Assembly (NCBI RefSeq): GCF_030028105.1
Contig: NC_092395.1
Span: 43,924,459-43,988,458 of the forward strand
Direction of reading: 5' to 3'
Source of the DNA: Mobula birostris
Taxonomy: Eukaryota
Length of the DNA stretch: 64,000 nucleotides
The position numbers and the translations under genes are program-made. Below are positions 38,231-52,959 of the stretch, one piece after another (within the stretch, counting starts at the first letter, position 1; every line of letters starts with the position of its first letter). Under the pieces are notes generated by a model, which saw only the letters and a list, made by a program, of their open reading frames with translations, was not told where the DNA came from and did not search any database.

Positions 38231-40329
38231 AGAATCATTGGCGCTGTGGGATTTGTGAAGATACCTTCATGTTTTGCCAAGCATTGTGAGCAGAAAAGGC
38301 ATTAAATTCTGATGGAATATGAAAAGGTACTGGTCTTTGCTCTTTCTCTTCAGTTTGTTGCCTGGTAGCTCCATAGCTTTATGTATAACATCAATTCTTT
38401 TTGCTCTGCTGTAGCGAGGATATGCAGACGATGGATAGGTACAGAGGATGTTTATCAGGATGCTGCCTGGATTATAGGGTATGAACTATAAGGAATGCTT
38501 GGACAAACTATGTTTTTTTTTTCATTCGAACAGCAGAGGCTATGGAGAGAGAGCAAAAAAAAAGTTTATAAATTTAAGCTATAGCATAAATACAGAGCCA
38601 ATATCATTTTCCCAGTTTTGAAATGTACTGCACTGAACAACAAGTATTTTTTTTTTTAATTTCTAGGCACAGCATTGTACCAGGCTATTCTGGCCCAATG
38701 AGCCTCGCTGCCCAATTACACCCATGTGCCAAATTAACCTGCCATCCTGCATGTCTTTGGAAACTGTACCACCCGGTGGTCATGCAGAGATCTACAAGTT
38801 CTTTACAGAGTGGCAGAATTTAACCCAGGTCACTGGCACCATAATAGTATTACACTAATTCTACACTGCTGTGTGGGTGAGAGGAAAGTTTCAAAAGAGA
38901 GGAGCAGGAAAGTTGTTTTGATTCAGAGATGTTATGTCTGGAATGTGCTGCCAAAGGTGATGGTGGAAGAAGATATGATATTCAAAGTGCTCTTAGATAG
39001 GCAAATGAGCATGCAGAGATATGAGTCTTAAGACTAAGTGCAGGGAGAAGGAATTTGGTATCATTAACTTAATTAGTTCAGACAAACGGCCTGTTGCTGT
39101 GCTGTATTTTTCTATGTTTTGCCACATTTTCCACTCACAGTAATGTATCATCATATCGTTCATGAATCGGCACTTTTGATGTCTACCAGTGGTTGCATCC
39201 ACTAGACACCTCCTTCGTAAGAGCAGCAGATATGACATTTGGCTTGAATGGTCAAGCTAATCACTGCAAAAAAAAAGAAACTTTGCCACATGATAAACGA
39301 ATATAAAGTGTATCTCACATGCTATTGATACTGAAACGTGACAATGGAACTGATGCACATATTTATGGCCCTATAGCTCTTTCCAGTGCTCTCCAAATAA
39401 ACCAATTAATTCTAATGATATTATCAGTAACTTCAGATGTATACATCTATTATATTACTCTCTGCCCATTGCCTCTCCATTTTACTGCACCCACTTCCAA
39501 CTAATCTCAACCTGGTCTCAACTTGAACACAGTATAAAGCAGACCAATAAAAAGCTTCCCACTGCATACCTATAACCTTAGAACGTCTCTTCAATCTGGA
39601 TCAAACTGTTGAAGCCGTGTGCTGACTTGTGTACTTCAAGGACTGCACCAGGCGATGCCAACTCAGGGCCGCCCATGTTGGAACCAATGACCCTTGAAAG
39701 TGTATTCTTTTACCATTTTCAGACTTTTTTTTTTACAAATTTCCTGCATCTCCATCATGTGTATTTAAAATTTGTGGGCACTGTTGCTGAGGTGTGAAAT
39801 GGTGAAAAAAAGAGATGAGCTGTGAATCACTTCCTGTACAAATGTTCCATTTACACATTCAGGTGGGGTGAAATGTGTCATTTATTATTCAGAGGTATCT
39901 TCCTTAAATTTGCCATGTCCAAGCATAATTTCCAATTTATCCACATTACCTAGGAAGTAATGTGAAAGCTACTTGCAAGACCATGATGCAGATTGTTTTT
40001 CAGTATAATGGAGCTCTGTTGAACTTGATTGAGAACTCAGACAGCTCCTTACACTAATCATATCCCATTGTGATACATCTTGATGGTTCCCCATTTGTCC
40101 AAGGAACATTTTGGTCCAATCTGTTTTTCTGGATTAGCTCCAAGCACTCCTGAAGCTAACGCTCCAATTCAGTAAGATAAACCAGCGTCAAGCAGTGGAA
40201 GATGAATGCTGCTAAGGTAGTGAGCCACCTCCTTAAAACACTGCAGTCCTTTTTGGGTATGAGCAGCTGAGTCTGCGTAAAGAATTCCAGGATTATTTTG
40301 GCCTAACAAAGAAATACTTTCAACCCAAG

Positions 40330-41830
40330 TGCTCATCTTTGTATGCACCTTTTGCCCGGTTTCAACTTTAATCACGGCCGGGTCATCACAATTCCCTCCG
40401 ACCATCTCCTCTCTGAGTCAGAACGTTCTGTCCTCAGTAAGGGACTCAGCTCAGTATCCCTACGCCCGCACATCAGTGAATTCCGCGCTACCATGATGTC
40501 GACCTTCCCTTCCGTCACCTTCGCCTCAGCCTCCGTGCCTTCTTCTTTGGCAAAGACTCCCAGACCACACCGACGGCCCCCTTCTTCCACCTCCAACGCA
40601 TATCTTCTTCCTAAACACCACGCTCTGGTCTTCCGCCTGCTCTGGATCATTTTATTGCTTACTGCTGATTGAATATGAACCTTTTAGAGTGTTAAATTCA
40701 CTCCTCAATTCTAACCTCACTCCTTTTCAAGGCACTGCTCTCCACTCTCCGCACATATCCCAACATCATCAAACTGGCAGATAAAGGGTGGAAGGGTGGT
40801 GCTGGAGAAGTCTGGCCAACTGATCTCTACCCTCCTTATTCCAGACGCAACTCTCAGACAATTCCCTTTACTCATCCTTCAAACAGGACACAACTATGGA
40901 GCACCAGGCCATTGTCTCCTGCACCGTCCTTATCGAATCCAAGGATCTCCCATTCACTGTTACCATCCTCAAAATTACCTTACTCCACATCTCCAGTTTG
41001 TAACATCTACCGGAGATCCATAATCCTGACTGTCGAGGTAGACCCATTGTTTCTGTCAGCTCATGCCCGCTGAAATTGTGTCTGCATATCTCAACACTGT
41101 TTTATGGCTCCTGCTTCAGTCCCTTCATACCCACATTAGTGACATTTCACACGCTCTTGATCTTTGCATTGACATTAAGCTCCACCGCTCCGAGCACCGC
41201 TTGTACCCACCGCAGAGCAGGGGTACTGTTCCTTTTATCCGTGCCTTCCACACCTCTACGTCCAACACATAATTCTCCGTGAATTACAGCATATCCAGTG
41301 TGATCGCACCACCAAGCAGATGTTTCCTTCGACACGCGCTCCCCTCCCCACGTTCCAGTTTCCACAGGAATTGCTCCCTGCATGAATCCCTTGTCTACTC
41401 ATTCATCCCTACCGATCTCCCTCCGAGTACTTACTCTTGGAAGCGGAACAAGTGCCACGTCTGCCCCTACACTACCACCCTCACTACCATTCAAGGCCCC
41501 AAGCAATTCCTAACGGTGAGGTAGCACTTCAGATACGAGTTTGTTGGGGTCTCCACTGTATAGACTACTACGAGTGTGGCCTCCTGAATGCAGGTGAGAT
41601 GAGCACCTTCACTCTGTCTGCCACAAAAAGCGGGACCTCCCAGTGACCACCCACTTCAACTCTCCTTCTCCATTCTTATCCTGCAAGTGATCCCATCGCC
41701 TCTCCGACTTCTACAGTGAGGCCATACTCAGGTGGGACAAGCAACGCATTTAATCCATCTGATCAGCCTCTAACCTGTCAGAACAAACATCAATTTCTCT
41801 AACCTCTGCTACTTGCCTTCTTCCTCACCT
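40330..41830 (+). mobile_element. Penelope-like element (RT and GIY-YIG remnants)
   Basis: LLSESERSVLSKGL...RPHISEF, RPIVS-type RT motif and PPSTYSWKRNKCHVCPYT...TIQGPKQF. Confidence 0.75.
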
Positions 41831-43239
41831 TCACATTTCCCCATTCCGACTTCTCGCTCGCAGCATCTTCTGACATGCCCATCACCTCCCTCTAGTGCTC
41901 CACCCCTTCCCATTCTTCCATGATATTTTGTCATCTCCAATCAGAATCAATGGTTTAATAGCTCTATTTGATATCAGAGAATGTATAGAACCTGAAATTC
42001 TTACTCTTTGCAGACATCTACGAAACAGAAGAAAATCCAGAAAGAATATATGACAGGAAAACGTTAGAACCCCACGCATATGCAACTGCAAAAGCATGAA
42101 CCGATGCCCCACCTGCCTCAGTAAAAGCGTCATCCCCACCACAGGCCATGCAATTCATCACAAAGCCACCAATGAGACCACGATCCAGAGCGCATCAGAA
42201 AAACATTGTTCCTCCCTCTATATAACATCCACAGGTTCTTTCTCTAACTAACGAGATAGTGAAGTGTTTCATTCCTGGCACAGTGAGAGGGAGACCAATA
42301 TCACGCTGCTATGATGTTACAGTCTGCAGGTCCCCTTCTCTGACCCTATATCTCTTTGTCCAGACAACATCCACCTCTTTGCCTCTTCCCGCTCTCCCTG
42401 ATTCACCTATCACCTGTCAGCTTGTACTTCTTCATCAGTTCCCCTAACCGCTTATCTGACTTCTCCCTTTGTCTTCTGGTTCCAATGAAGGGTCTCAGTC
42501 CAAAACGTTGACTGTTTACTTTTTCCATTGTTACTATCTGACCTGCTGAGTTCCAGCAGCATTTTGTGTGTGTTGCTTTGGATTTTCAGTATCTGCAGAT
42601 TTTCTTGTGTCAGTATTGCCTGACAAAAAATTGGGGAGAAACTTATGATACGGAACACAGTCCAATAACAAAAAAACTCATTATCAGCACAAGCATTGAG
42701 GTGTTCATCCCCAGCTCCCTTAAATAATGTACCAGTGCCTGGGGCGAAATGTGTACAAATGTAGTCATGAGCAACTTGGTCGAAATATGGATAAATTGCT
42801 GAATTCCGGTGGTAAGACAAGAGTGACAGGCATTAATATTAATTCAGAATTGATCGAGTGGCATGTTGGATGGTTCTGAAAATTGTGTTGATTTTAAGTA
42901 AACGAGAACTTTCCAAAGCTTGGTGTTGGAAACTCCCTTGCTGTTCAGAAACGCACTCTGTCCAGGTGAGAGCATCGGCTCTTTGAAATTAAATGTTACA
43001 ATGTTTGGATTATGCAACGGCAGTGAGTCAAGGAGGGGGTGTTTTCAATTTCCATCTTGTTTTCAATAATACACTTCCATGGGTAATATTAGGTTATGTA
43101 TTTTCAAATTGTACTGTCATCTCTTTCATAGATCCGCATTGAGACTCATAACTAACAATGGTTGTGCCCACGCAATACCTCTATTTTAAGAGGGGAAGGA
43201 ATTCTATCAATAAGATAAGTAGACCAGAATGGTCTAGAT

Positions 43240-46200
43240 TAAGGTCTTGCAACCGGGTTTCCGCGAGAGATGGTATTAACTGAAAAATAAACCACCGTTT
43301 TTTGAACCGCAGGAAGCGCGATGCTGGTGCTTACAGTGGTGAGCAGTGACCGAGCAGCCCCGTTTACAATCTCATTCGAGGTCTCAGCCCGGAATGACAG
43401 TACGCAGTAGGACCGTGATTATTTGGTTGAGTCCAATCTCGGTTTTTCACGCAAGATAGGGGAGGCCATTGATAATTGGTGAGCGTTGTATTGCACGGAG
43501 GGAAGGTCTGTAGGCCAATGAGGGGCGTGAAGAGCGTTTTCCGAGAACTGATTTGCCTAAGTTTATACTTTTTATTAACTATTGTGTTTTACAGACATGT
43601 CTGACGGGCCAATGTGGCTATTTTTGAATTACAATCTTCTGAGTAACTTCATTGCAGTCGTGCAACACCGACACAAAAAAAGTCCGTCTTTACTATAAAG
43701 CTATTTATTAATGGGTTTTACATGGCCTGATGAGCCAAGCTGTCGTATTCCATTGTGCCTCCTCTGTGGCAAACAACTTATAAGTTCAGCAATGGGTCCA
43801 GCAAAATTGAAAAGACACTTAACTACAAATTACAGTCGTATGACTCGTAAAAGTGCTGCTTATTTTAAACGGCTATTGGAATTTCAAAACAAAAACAGTA
43901 AAGCTTTTGTTAATAAATTCACAATCATTAAAAGGGCTCAAGAAGCAAGTCTTTTATTAGAAAAGCTTATTATCCAGAAAAGAAAAAGCCACACAGTTTC
44001 TGAGAACCTAATAATGCCAGCATATAAAATTATCGTGGGTCTGATGCTAGGACAGGATGCAGTACGAGAAATTGAAAAGGTTTCACGCTGGATGATGATT
44101 TTGGCTATTTCTACAATTGTGAAGATCAAAAGGGAAGAATACTCCTCAGGAGCGACGGCACGATCGTTGTTGACTGTAGAATTCTGGATCTGCAGACTGG
44201 AGCAGTTGGGGCACGAGAGCAGCGGGGATGCGGACGGTTGAGTAGTTGGATCCTTCCTGCGTCTCCTCTTCTCTTCAGCAGCCACCCTTCTGCTGTCGGA
44301 GGGAGCTTGCTGCTTATGTTGCTCTTTGTACCTCTTCTGATGGAAACCACGATCACTCTTGTCCTGAGAGAGGCCTCCACACAGTCCTGCTTTCGGTAAC
44401 CTGGAATTCTCCATGCGAGTGTTGTGGCCTGGCCACCGCAGCTGCCTGAGCAGCAAAGTGACTTCAATGATTAGACGTTGAGCCTTCTCCAGGACCTCGT
44501 TGTTGGAGACAGGATCTTGCCATCTGATACTTATGATGGAGCGTAGACAGCGCTGATGGAAGCGCTCGAACACCCGGATCTGCTCGCGGTACAAGACCCA
44601 TGCTTGGTAGCCGTATAGCAGTATTGTGACGACCGCACGCATATGCACATGGGTTTGTGTGGACGGCAGTATCTGGTGGTTCTTCCACGCACTTTCCTGG
44701 AGGCGCACGAAGGTACTGGCACCTCTGGCGATTCGATTGTTTTTGTCCCTTCCTGCTGTAGCGTCATTGGAAATGACGCTGTCTAGGTAGGAGAACTGCT
44801 CAACGGTGGTGACAACGTGGTCGTCAGTGTTGATCCCAACTGCGTTGTGAACGCCACGAGTGGGCTTCTGATGGAGGTTCATTGTTTTCTTCAGACTGAC
44901 CGTTCACTCGAAAGCCCTTGCAGCCTTGGCGAACTGAGTCACTGCAGCCTGTAGCGCGTCCTCTGTGTGTGCGTGAGAATAGCACAGTCGTCCGCATTTA
45001 GTAGCTTGAGAATGGGATCTTGAATAGTTTTATGTTCGGGCGACAATGCGGCGACTCTCAAACAGTACGATATTTCAAAGTATTGATTGCATGACACATG
45101 ATGCTGAAGAGGTTTTGTGTGATAAAGGGAAAAGCAACAGTTTCTCTATCCATGTTGATGAGCCAACAGATTTCATCAATAAATATCATGTTGTAGCATT
45201 TGTAAGATCTGCAAATGATGGTGAAATTCAAGAAAAAAATCCTGTTGCAAAGACCTGCCCGGAGCAAGCCAATGCCAAGATATGCTTAAAGTTTTCTCTT
45301 CATATCTGGAACTAAATGTCCTGGCTTGGAGGAACTGTGTTGGCGTCAGTACTGATGGTGCCCCATTAATGGCTCCCGCCTTGAGAGTTTTTGTTTCCCA
45401 TGTCCAAGAACATAAATGCAGTGATGTCATCACAAAGAGGTAATGATATCAAAAAGTCTTGAGATGAAATGAAGAAAATTCTAGATGATGTTACAAAACT
45501 GGTTAGCTTTATTAAGAAAAAATGGTGAGCTTTATTGAACGAAGACCAGATCACCGGAGAATGTTTAAAATGCTGTATGAAAACATGGACAAAGAGGAGA
45601 CCAATTTCCTGCTACATATAGAAATCCGGTGGCTTTGAGTTATCAACACCACGATTGAGCTGAAAGATGAATTGCAGCTGTACTTTCAAGAAAATAGTCG
45701 GCCGGATTCTGCTGAGTGCCTTAAAGATTAAGAATGGCCGCACGAACTAGCGTAATTAACAGACGTTTCTGTCATATAAACCAATTGAACAAGTCTCTGC
45801 ACGGCACTGTTTAAAATGTTTTGACATCAAGTGACAAGATTCTTGGAATGAAAAGGAAACTGAATCTTGGGAAAAATCACGTTACAAAAGGAAAGCTTGA
45901 AATGTTTCCACTGTTCGAGAGTAAGGAAGGATCAGAAAGTCTCGAGTCTTATTCAAAACCTCCTGGAAGAACTGCAGAGCAAAAATGAACAGTACTTTCC
46001 CTCTCTTTCAACACAAGTGTATGTCTGGGTGAGGGGCCCTTTCTCCAAATCATCTGCTCAGCCTGAGAACTTGACGTTGAGAGAAGAACTTTGTGAGATG
46101 CAGTCCGTTTGTGCAGTCGAGATGATTCGCCACTGAACAAGTTCCGGATTTCAGTGAAAGAAGTGTATCTCGCAGTCATAGGGGAACAGTGAACATTTTG

Positions 46201-46550
46201 CTGCAGTTTTCAACTTCTTACAGGTTTGAGCAAGCTTTTTCTTGTTTGTCAAGCATCAAGGACAAGGATTGCGATCGTCTCATTTCCGTTCAAGTTGAAA
46301 TCTGTGTGTGCTTATCTCAAGTTCGACACAGAATTGAGTGTTTGTGCGCAAAACATAAGGACAAGTTTCACAAGCTTGGCCTGTATTTGAGCCTGATAAT
46401 GTCATTAATAAGATTTTTTTTTTCAATAGCTTGAATGAAGTTGCGTTAGGTTATATTTTCATTCATTTTTATGTTGTACGCAGCATTAATTAAAATCAAT
46501 TTACAATTTTTTAAATTTACAAATTTTCAGTTTATTAAACAATTTACAAA
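43240..46550 (+). mobile_element. hAT-Charlie/Buster transposon (ZBED5-like transposase pseudogene) interrupted by a LINE
   Basis: MGFTWPDEPSCRIPLCLLCGKQLISSAMGPAKLKRHL...EIEKV | LSNSTI...FSIHVDEPTDFINKYHVVAFVR; the left flank GTCTAGAT fits the NTCTAGAN Charlie target preference; right end eroded. Confidence 0.85.
44087..45053 (-). mobile_element. 5'-truncated RTE-clade LINE nested in the hAT transposase
   Basis: VEQFSYLDSVIS...RIARGASTFVRL...LLYGYQAWVLYREQIRVFERFHQRCLRSIISIRWQD...QLRWPGH; transposase codons resume on the far side. Confidence 0.85.
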
Positions 46551-46769
46551 ATGAAAGCAGTTAAAGAAAAGAGACCACCTGGCCTATCGGGAATTCAGTC
46601 TCTGGGCCTCTTGAATTTGTCATTTTTTTTACACACTGTTAGTACTCTAAGGGTTCTTGGCCCCTTCAATTTAGTGTCACCATTTCTCCAGAGCCAACTT
46701 GACCTCATGCAGCACTCTATATCCAAAGTTGTAGTTCACTTTTGTTGGGGTAGCCGCCTGTAAAGAACA

Positions 46770-47340
46770 CACATGGTAGCAGTTTATTGCCCGAAGGTGT
46801 CCGTTGGGACAATATGCACCCACTCCAACATCAGAGGCGGAATAAACGGAACACGCTCCTCATGCCGTCCATGAATTCCTCTGAATCGGAGCCAATCTCC
46901 GACCTTCACACCCCGTGCACGGTGACCCATGTCAGAGCCCTGCTGGTCAGAAGAGAGAGATCATGAGGACCACCTTTCGGCTCTCCACATGGAACCAGGC
47001 CGGGTGGAGATCGAACAGCAACAAATATAGAGTAGGAGGCCATGGCAAGTTCCCGGGGCACCGTCCAATATTCTCTAGCGTAGGGAGATGAATTGGCTCC
47101 ACAGAGAAACCGACATCATCGCCCGAGGGGCTCTGGCATCCACCCTACGATAGTTGGCACGATCTTGAAATTTTCTCGCTGTTGTTGGCCACAGCTGACG
47201 AATGACTATGATACAACTCTGGGTCCATGTTGCCTCAATCGTACTGTGATGAGAGACCTTGCAGAGCAAGGAGGATTATCCCAGTCTTTGATCGAGACAC
47301 GATACAAGACTGAAACTAGAACTGAGAACAAAACAAGGCA
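46770..47340 (+). mobile_element. Possible Gypsy gag/LTR remnant
   Basis: Weak HMEPGRVE (EPMQLG-like) motif and LTR-like repetitive sequence; poorly supported. Confidence 0.3.
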
Positions 47341-50300
47341 CGGACACGAGGAAATCTGCAGATGCTGGAAATAAAGCAACACACACAAAAAGTCCTGACG
47401 CAGGGTCTCGGCCCGAAACGTCGATTGTTCCTCTTCCTATAGATGCTGCCAGGCCTGCTGCGTTCACCAGTATTTTTTGTGCCTGTTAAGAAAACAAGGC
47501 ACTTCCGATAATCTATGTTAGCCGAAGTTTAAGCACTCGACCTCAGTTCACGTGTTCTTTAAACATTAATTCCTGGTGCCAAAGCATGTCGGTAATTTGT
47601 GGGGCGGCCTGGATCTCTAACTGGGCCGCGCCTGCTATTTATATTCCAGAAAGTTAGAGTGCCTAAACCGCAGATACTGGTGCAATTCTGTGTGTGTCAT
47701 AACACATAAAACAGGTTGACCAGCGAGGTTCGAGAGTTTTTGGTTCAAGAGTGCAGTCATGCCGGTTGATGAGATTCCCGTTTGTTCTGGGGATCATCTT
47801 CACTCCCTCAAGAAGATCTTTGGGAGAGAGATGCAACAGAGGAACAAGACAGATTGAGAAACATAAGATGGCAACTTTGTTGAATACCGGATGAATTTCT
47901 TGTCAAAATTTTCTGGAGCAAATGTGAGAAGGAGATTAATTTCACTGCAAACCGAATTTTTGGAGATAGTTCAATAGACTGGTGGATGGAGTCAAACGAA
48001 TTTCTGTACAATGAAGACCATGTCCCTTTGGGTCTACGAATGAATAAATTTCACACTGCGTCTGGGGAGCATTTGGGGCAACTGATGAAGGTGGCTGATA
48101 AGGACCCTGCGTTAACTATCGCTGAGGTGGAGACCCGTCTCTAGTTAGCAGAGTCAAGCTTGTTTTTCTGATTAATGGAAATATTGTACTGCTGGTGCGG
48201 ATGTCCTTGGTCAATGCCGGACTGAATGTCGTTGGATATATTAAGAAATCCAAGGGGATGTAGAGCAGCGAGGTAAGCGGGTGGAAAATGGGAAATGGCA
48301 TTCAGTCTAGGTAAGTGCAAGGGGTTGAAGCTTGGGAAGGCAAAACAGTGTAATAGGATCAGAGCAAATGTTAAGTCCCTGGGGAGTGTTCTAGAAGAAA
48401 TGGATGCAGGAGTTCTCTGAATGTGTTGTCACAGATATAGAGAATGGTGACAAAGTCATTTAAGCACCATTCTTTTTCAGTCAGCATATGAGTATATGTG
48501 TCAAAGCATTATAATGCAGTTGCATGAGATAACAGTGACACTGCATCTGAGAAATTTGTGTAGTTTTCATCCCACTGTTGAAAGAACAAGGTCATTAAGC
48601 TCGAAAGGGAGCATAAAGAAAGATGTTTCAGAATATTGCTATGACTGAGAGCCTGTGTTATAGGAGATGTTGGACATGCGATGATCTTTTCCTTGAACAG
48701 CAGGAGAGTGATATACAATGGTAGAGGCATAGACTGTGTGAATACGGGCAGTTGTTACCAAGGTAACGTGGATTAAATACTGAAGGGCATAGGTTTATGG
48801 TGAAAGAAAGAATTAGAAGAGACCTGTTTCAGGTTCACTTGCAACTTCAGGAATCCCAGAAAGTTCGGCAGTTCAAACCAGAAAAAAAAATCATAGAAAT
48901 TAAGCAGGAAGAACTCAGACAAACTATACAGACTCTTGAAGTTCTGCATCACTCATGATATCTAGGATACTTGATGGAGGTATACAAAATTAAGTGGGGT
49001 GTAGATAAGACAACAACTAAAATGCAACACATTGAAAATCCAATGGAAATCGAATCAGTGCAAATTGAAAGAAGTGATGAATACAAAGAGTGTTTAACAA
49101 TCCCCATGATAGATACTAACTGGGAATATGCATCACAAAGCGAAAGCCCAGAGCTAATCCAATATCAAACAATGTAGAAATGTACAGTAAACAACCCAAG
49201 GGTCATTGCATACTCATGAGGTTACACTGTGAAAATACAATTCACATCATCTCTGAAAAAATATATACTTTTTAAATGACTCCTGGTGTGACAGAACTCC
49301 CCTTGGAAATACGTCTTCTAGCCGCTTAGGGAGATTGGGGTGAAGCCAATGAAAATCCGCAGTCAGACCAGGAGATAAAATACCCCAGACTGGAACCCAA
49401 CTCCTGTCCTCCAGGTCACATCCCTCCCAATCAACTAAAACTGGAAGTACCCCTTAATATACTAGGATTCAAGCAATCTCTGGTCAGTGTAAACAGGTGT
49501 TCCATCTATGAGGGAGAGGCTTAGGGATAGGGGCCAGAAGATTGCAGATTCAGAGTTTAAATTTAGAGTTGTGAAGTATGGAATGCTTTCAGCGATACCT
49601 GGGAAGCGGTAATCTATACATTACTGGATTGATTCTCCTAACAACCCCATTAACAGGGCCCAATAAAACCAAGAACTAGCTTCCAGGATTCTATATTAAG
49701 GGGAACAGCTTGGGTAGTGCCACACAAAAGTAGGATCCAGTCATTTCCTCTTGTTGTCATGGAATTACTGACTTATCGAAGTGTGCAAACGTCCTCTTGG
49801 ATTTAAGCCAGCGCTGTTTACAACACTCGACAAACTGTTTAGCAAACGGAAAGCTGACTTCCACATCCTGCTCAGGAGAGAGAGGACGCTTAAACCTAAA
49901 TTGACTTTTAGAAGAACACATGTTAGGCGAAGAATGAGGAAGTGTGTAAAGAGCTATCTTTACCCAAGATCAATGGTCACTTCTAGAGGATTGGTCTCCT
50001 GAAGGAAGGCAATAAAGAAGTGAAATCCAAATCTTGAATAGTCCCCTCAGTCTGACCATTCATCTATGGATGAAAACTGGAAGAAAGACTAGAAGTAGCT
50101 TAAATAAGTTTGCAGAATGCTTGTAAAACTTGAACACCTCCTTTTCCCTTTTTTGGGAGACAACGCCTGTCTGCAAATAACCGGGTGAAGCAGTAGTCTT
50201 TGGGGTACTACAGGTCTGTGTCTTTAGTTTTTCTTGCTGCATGCCCGACTGCTCGGTAGAGGGCGCTCATAACCTATTGCTGGTGGGGTGATGTCGGGGG

Positions 50301-51949
50301 GTCGTTGCCTTGCTGCTGCATGTGCTGGGTTTTTTTGGTGTTGTCACAATTTCACTGTCATTCAATCTTTGGGGCACTCCTCTGTTTTCGTGGATGTTTG
50401 CGAAGAAAAAGAATTTCAGGATGTATATAGTGTACATTTCTCTAACATTAAATGTAGCCATTGAACTTATTCAAGTAAACTGCATACTCTAGAGAGATAC
50501 AGTATCAGAAGGAAATCCATGTACCCTGAACAGGCTCTGTAATAAAAGGCCATAATTCCACGGGCTGTGGGCAGTGCAGTGAGGGAAAAAATTACAAAAC
50601 TTGCAAAATCGATCAACAGCAACTAAAATAAAGGTAAAGTAGCACGAAGGAGGGAAACCTGAGATAAAATACAGAGAGAGATGGGACCGGGGCTACAGGG
50701 GATGGGGAGGGATTGGAGAAGACCCTAGGGGAAGAGTTGGAATATTTAGAATGGGTGCAAATGTCAAAGGGTTGCACAAATATCTGAAGAGACAGGAGTC
50801 ATACGTTGATTTTCCAAAAGTATCGACTCCGGCCTCTGGATTCATTCAGGGCTTGAGAGGTTGCGGGGATCAAATTGGCTAGATAAGGCGTCAGGCTTTA
50901 GGTTTTCGGAACCCAGACGATAAGTAATGACAGGATTAAGTCAGCAAAAAGCAATGCATTTCAGTTATAAACTCAATTAATCTGAGCCGTACATATAACA
51001 AATGGATTTTCAGCTCCTTCAAACCAGTGCTACTACTCATCTAAGGTCAGTTTCACAGTCAACAACTCACGGCTATCTATATCATAATTGGATTTGGCAG
51101 TTGATAAAAGTTCCAGAAAGTAAGCACAGGGATACATTTTTTTTTTATTACTGGTGGAAAGTTCGAGAAGGTGGAAGCCTAGTGATATCTATATTCATGG
51201 ATACGGTAAGAAAATAAAGAAAACGTAACTTGATATGTCACTGATCAGACTGGATAGAAGTGTGAGTGAGTACCCAGGTGTCGGTATGATGTCGGTCCTT
51301 CATCCAAACGAATGATTTGCACTTGGGTTCATGGGGCACAACTTTGAGATTTACAGCTGGAACAATAAATTTAGAGGATGATGATAATAGACTTTAAGGA
51401 GACCCAAGAAGGCTACAAATTGTCTGCCATCTGGGTGACAAATCTGCCACACTAAATCTACAGCAGATAGATTGTGAACGTACATGGGAGTAGGAATCCC
51501 AGGGTCCAAGGCAAAAGCTGAACTTTTGCCAACATGGTACTGTTCAGGTTTGTTCTGTTCACCAAAAACAGTCACATGTTATTCAGCGAATTCGTGTCTG
51601 AACTGTGTACTCGTACTCATCAGCAAAGGGGGAAGGTGCCATTGTCAATGTAGTGTGGGGTGAGTGTGCGATTTCCGCTTTGAAATGTTTTGCTTCTCTT
51701 ATACTCAGCTGATAGATGTTTACCTCGTGTTTTACAGGTTCATCTGAGAGGGCAACAATTGAATCAATGATCCATATCATTGCTTCCTGTGACCATACAC
51801 AAAATAATCAGTGCCCTCCTTTTTCCTAAGAAGTCTTATTGAAATAAACTCACTTCATATCTTTGTGAACCTGACATGCAAGTACGCAGAAAACGCTGTA
51901 TATCCTCAGGCAGAATGTATGCAGGGAAATAAACAATAAACATTAAAGG

Positions 51950-52930
51950 CTGCGAGCCTTCATCAGAAGCTGCCAGAATTAGACAAATTGGGTGGGAGTC
52001 ATAGCCAGGAGGATAATCCAACAGCTGATAAGTGAGACCAGGTTAGGTGGTAAATTGGGGGAGGAGTGGATAACCCAATAAAGCTATGAGGTGATAGGTG
52101 GATTAGGCAAAGGTCCAATGAGGTACCAATCTAATAGAAGGTGACATTGGACCAAATATCAAAGGGCAAGGGGTCCAAAGGCATTGGAGCGAAGCAGGAA
52201 GAGACAAAACGTGAAAAGGAAACCTGAAAGGGAAAGGTAAAAAGAGAAGGGGAGAAGAATAGGAGGGGTTAGGAAATACTGAAAGTTAGCGAAATTTTTG
52301 TTCATGCTTTGCGATTCGAGGCTAACCAAACGGATATGAGATGCTGCTCTTTCAAACTGAGTTTGGCCTCGTCATATCTGCAGAGCAGTTGACCGTAGCT
52401 GCAGAGAAATCCTGGCTTTCTCGGAGAGCAGAGAGAGAATGCTTGATGAAGCGCTCTCACCAATATAGAGAAGATCACCAATATAATAGATAACCCGGAC
52501 ATATTCGTAGTTGAAGCATTTCCTCACTTTGAAGGACTGTTTGAAGACCTGAATGGTGAGGATCGAGGTGTAGCACTTATGACAGTGGCAGGGATAAGTG
52601 CCAGAAGGAAGATTAGTCGGCAGGGATGTGTGGACAAGAGTAAAATGTAGGAGCAAACTCTAAGGAAAACACTGAGATGTGCCTGGTGATGGGAAATCGC
52701 CCGAGATGGCAGATTTGCGAAAAATGTTATGCTGGATGTAGAGGCCAGATAGATAGAATGACCTATCCCTGTTACAATGGGGCATGGGCAGATGTGTGTA
52801 AAATGGAGGCGATGTGGGTGAGGGCAGCATCAATTATAAAGGAAATTCCCTTTTTTTTTTTATAAATAAATGAGGTCATCTCACATCTCCCATGTTCTAG
52901 AATCGAAAGTCTGAAAACAGCTGCAGCATG
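51950..52930 (-). mobile_element. Penelope-like element 3' part (GIY-YIG)
   Basis: LPSGTYPCHCHKCYT...DLLYIGES and YDEAKLSLKEQHLI. Confidence 0.75.
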
Positions 52931-52959
52931 AATGCAAGAACTGAGAAAAAGTAACGACA

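Noticed and set aside
40080-40330. Coding-looking stretch upstream of the Penelope element
   Set aside because: No recognisable domain in any frame and stops in most frames.
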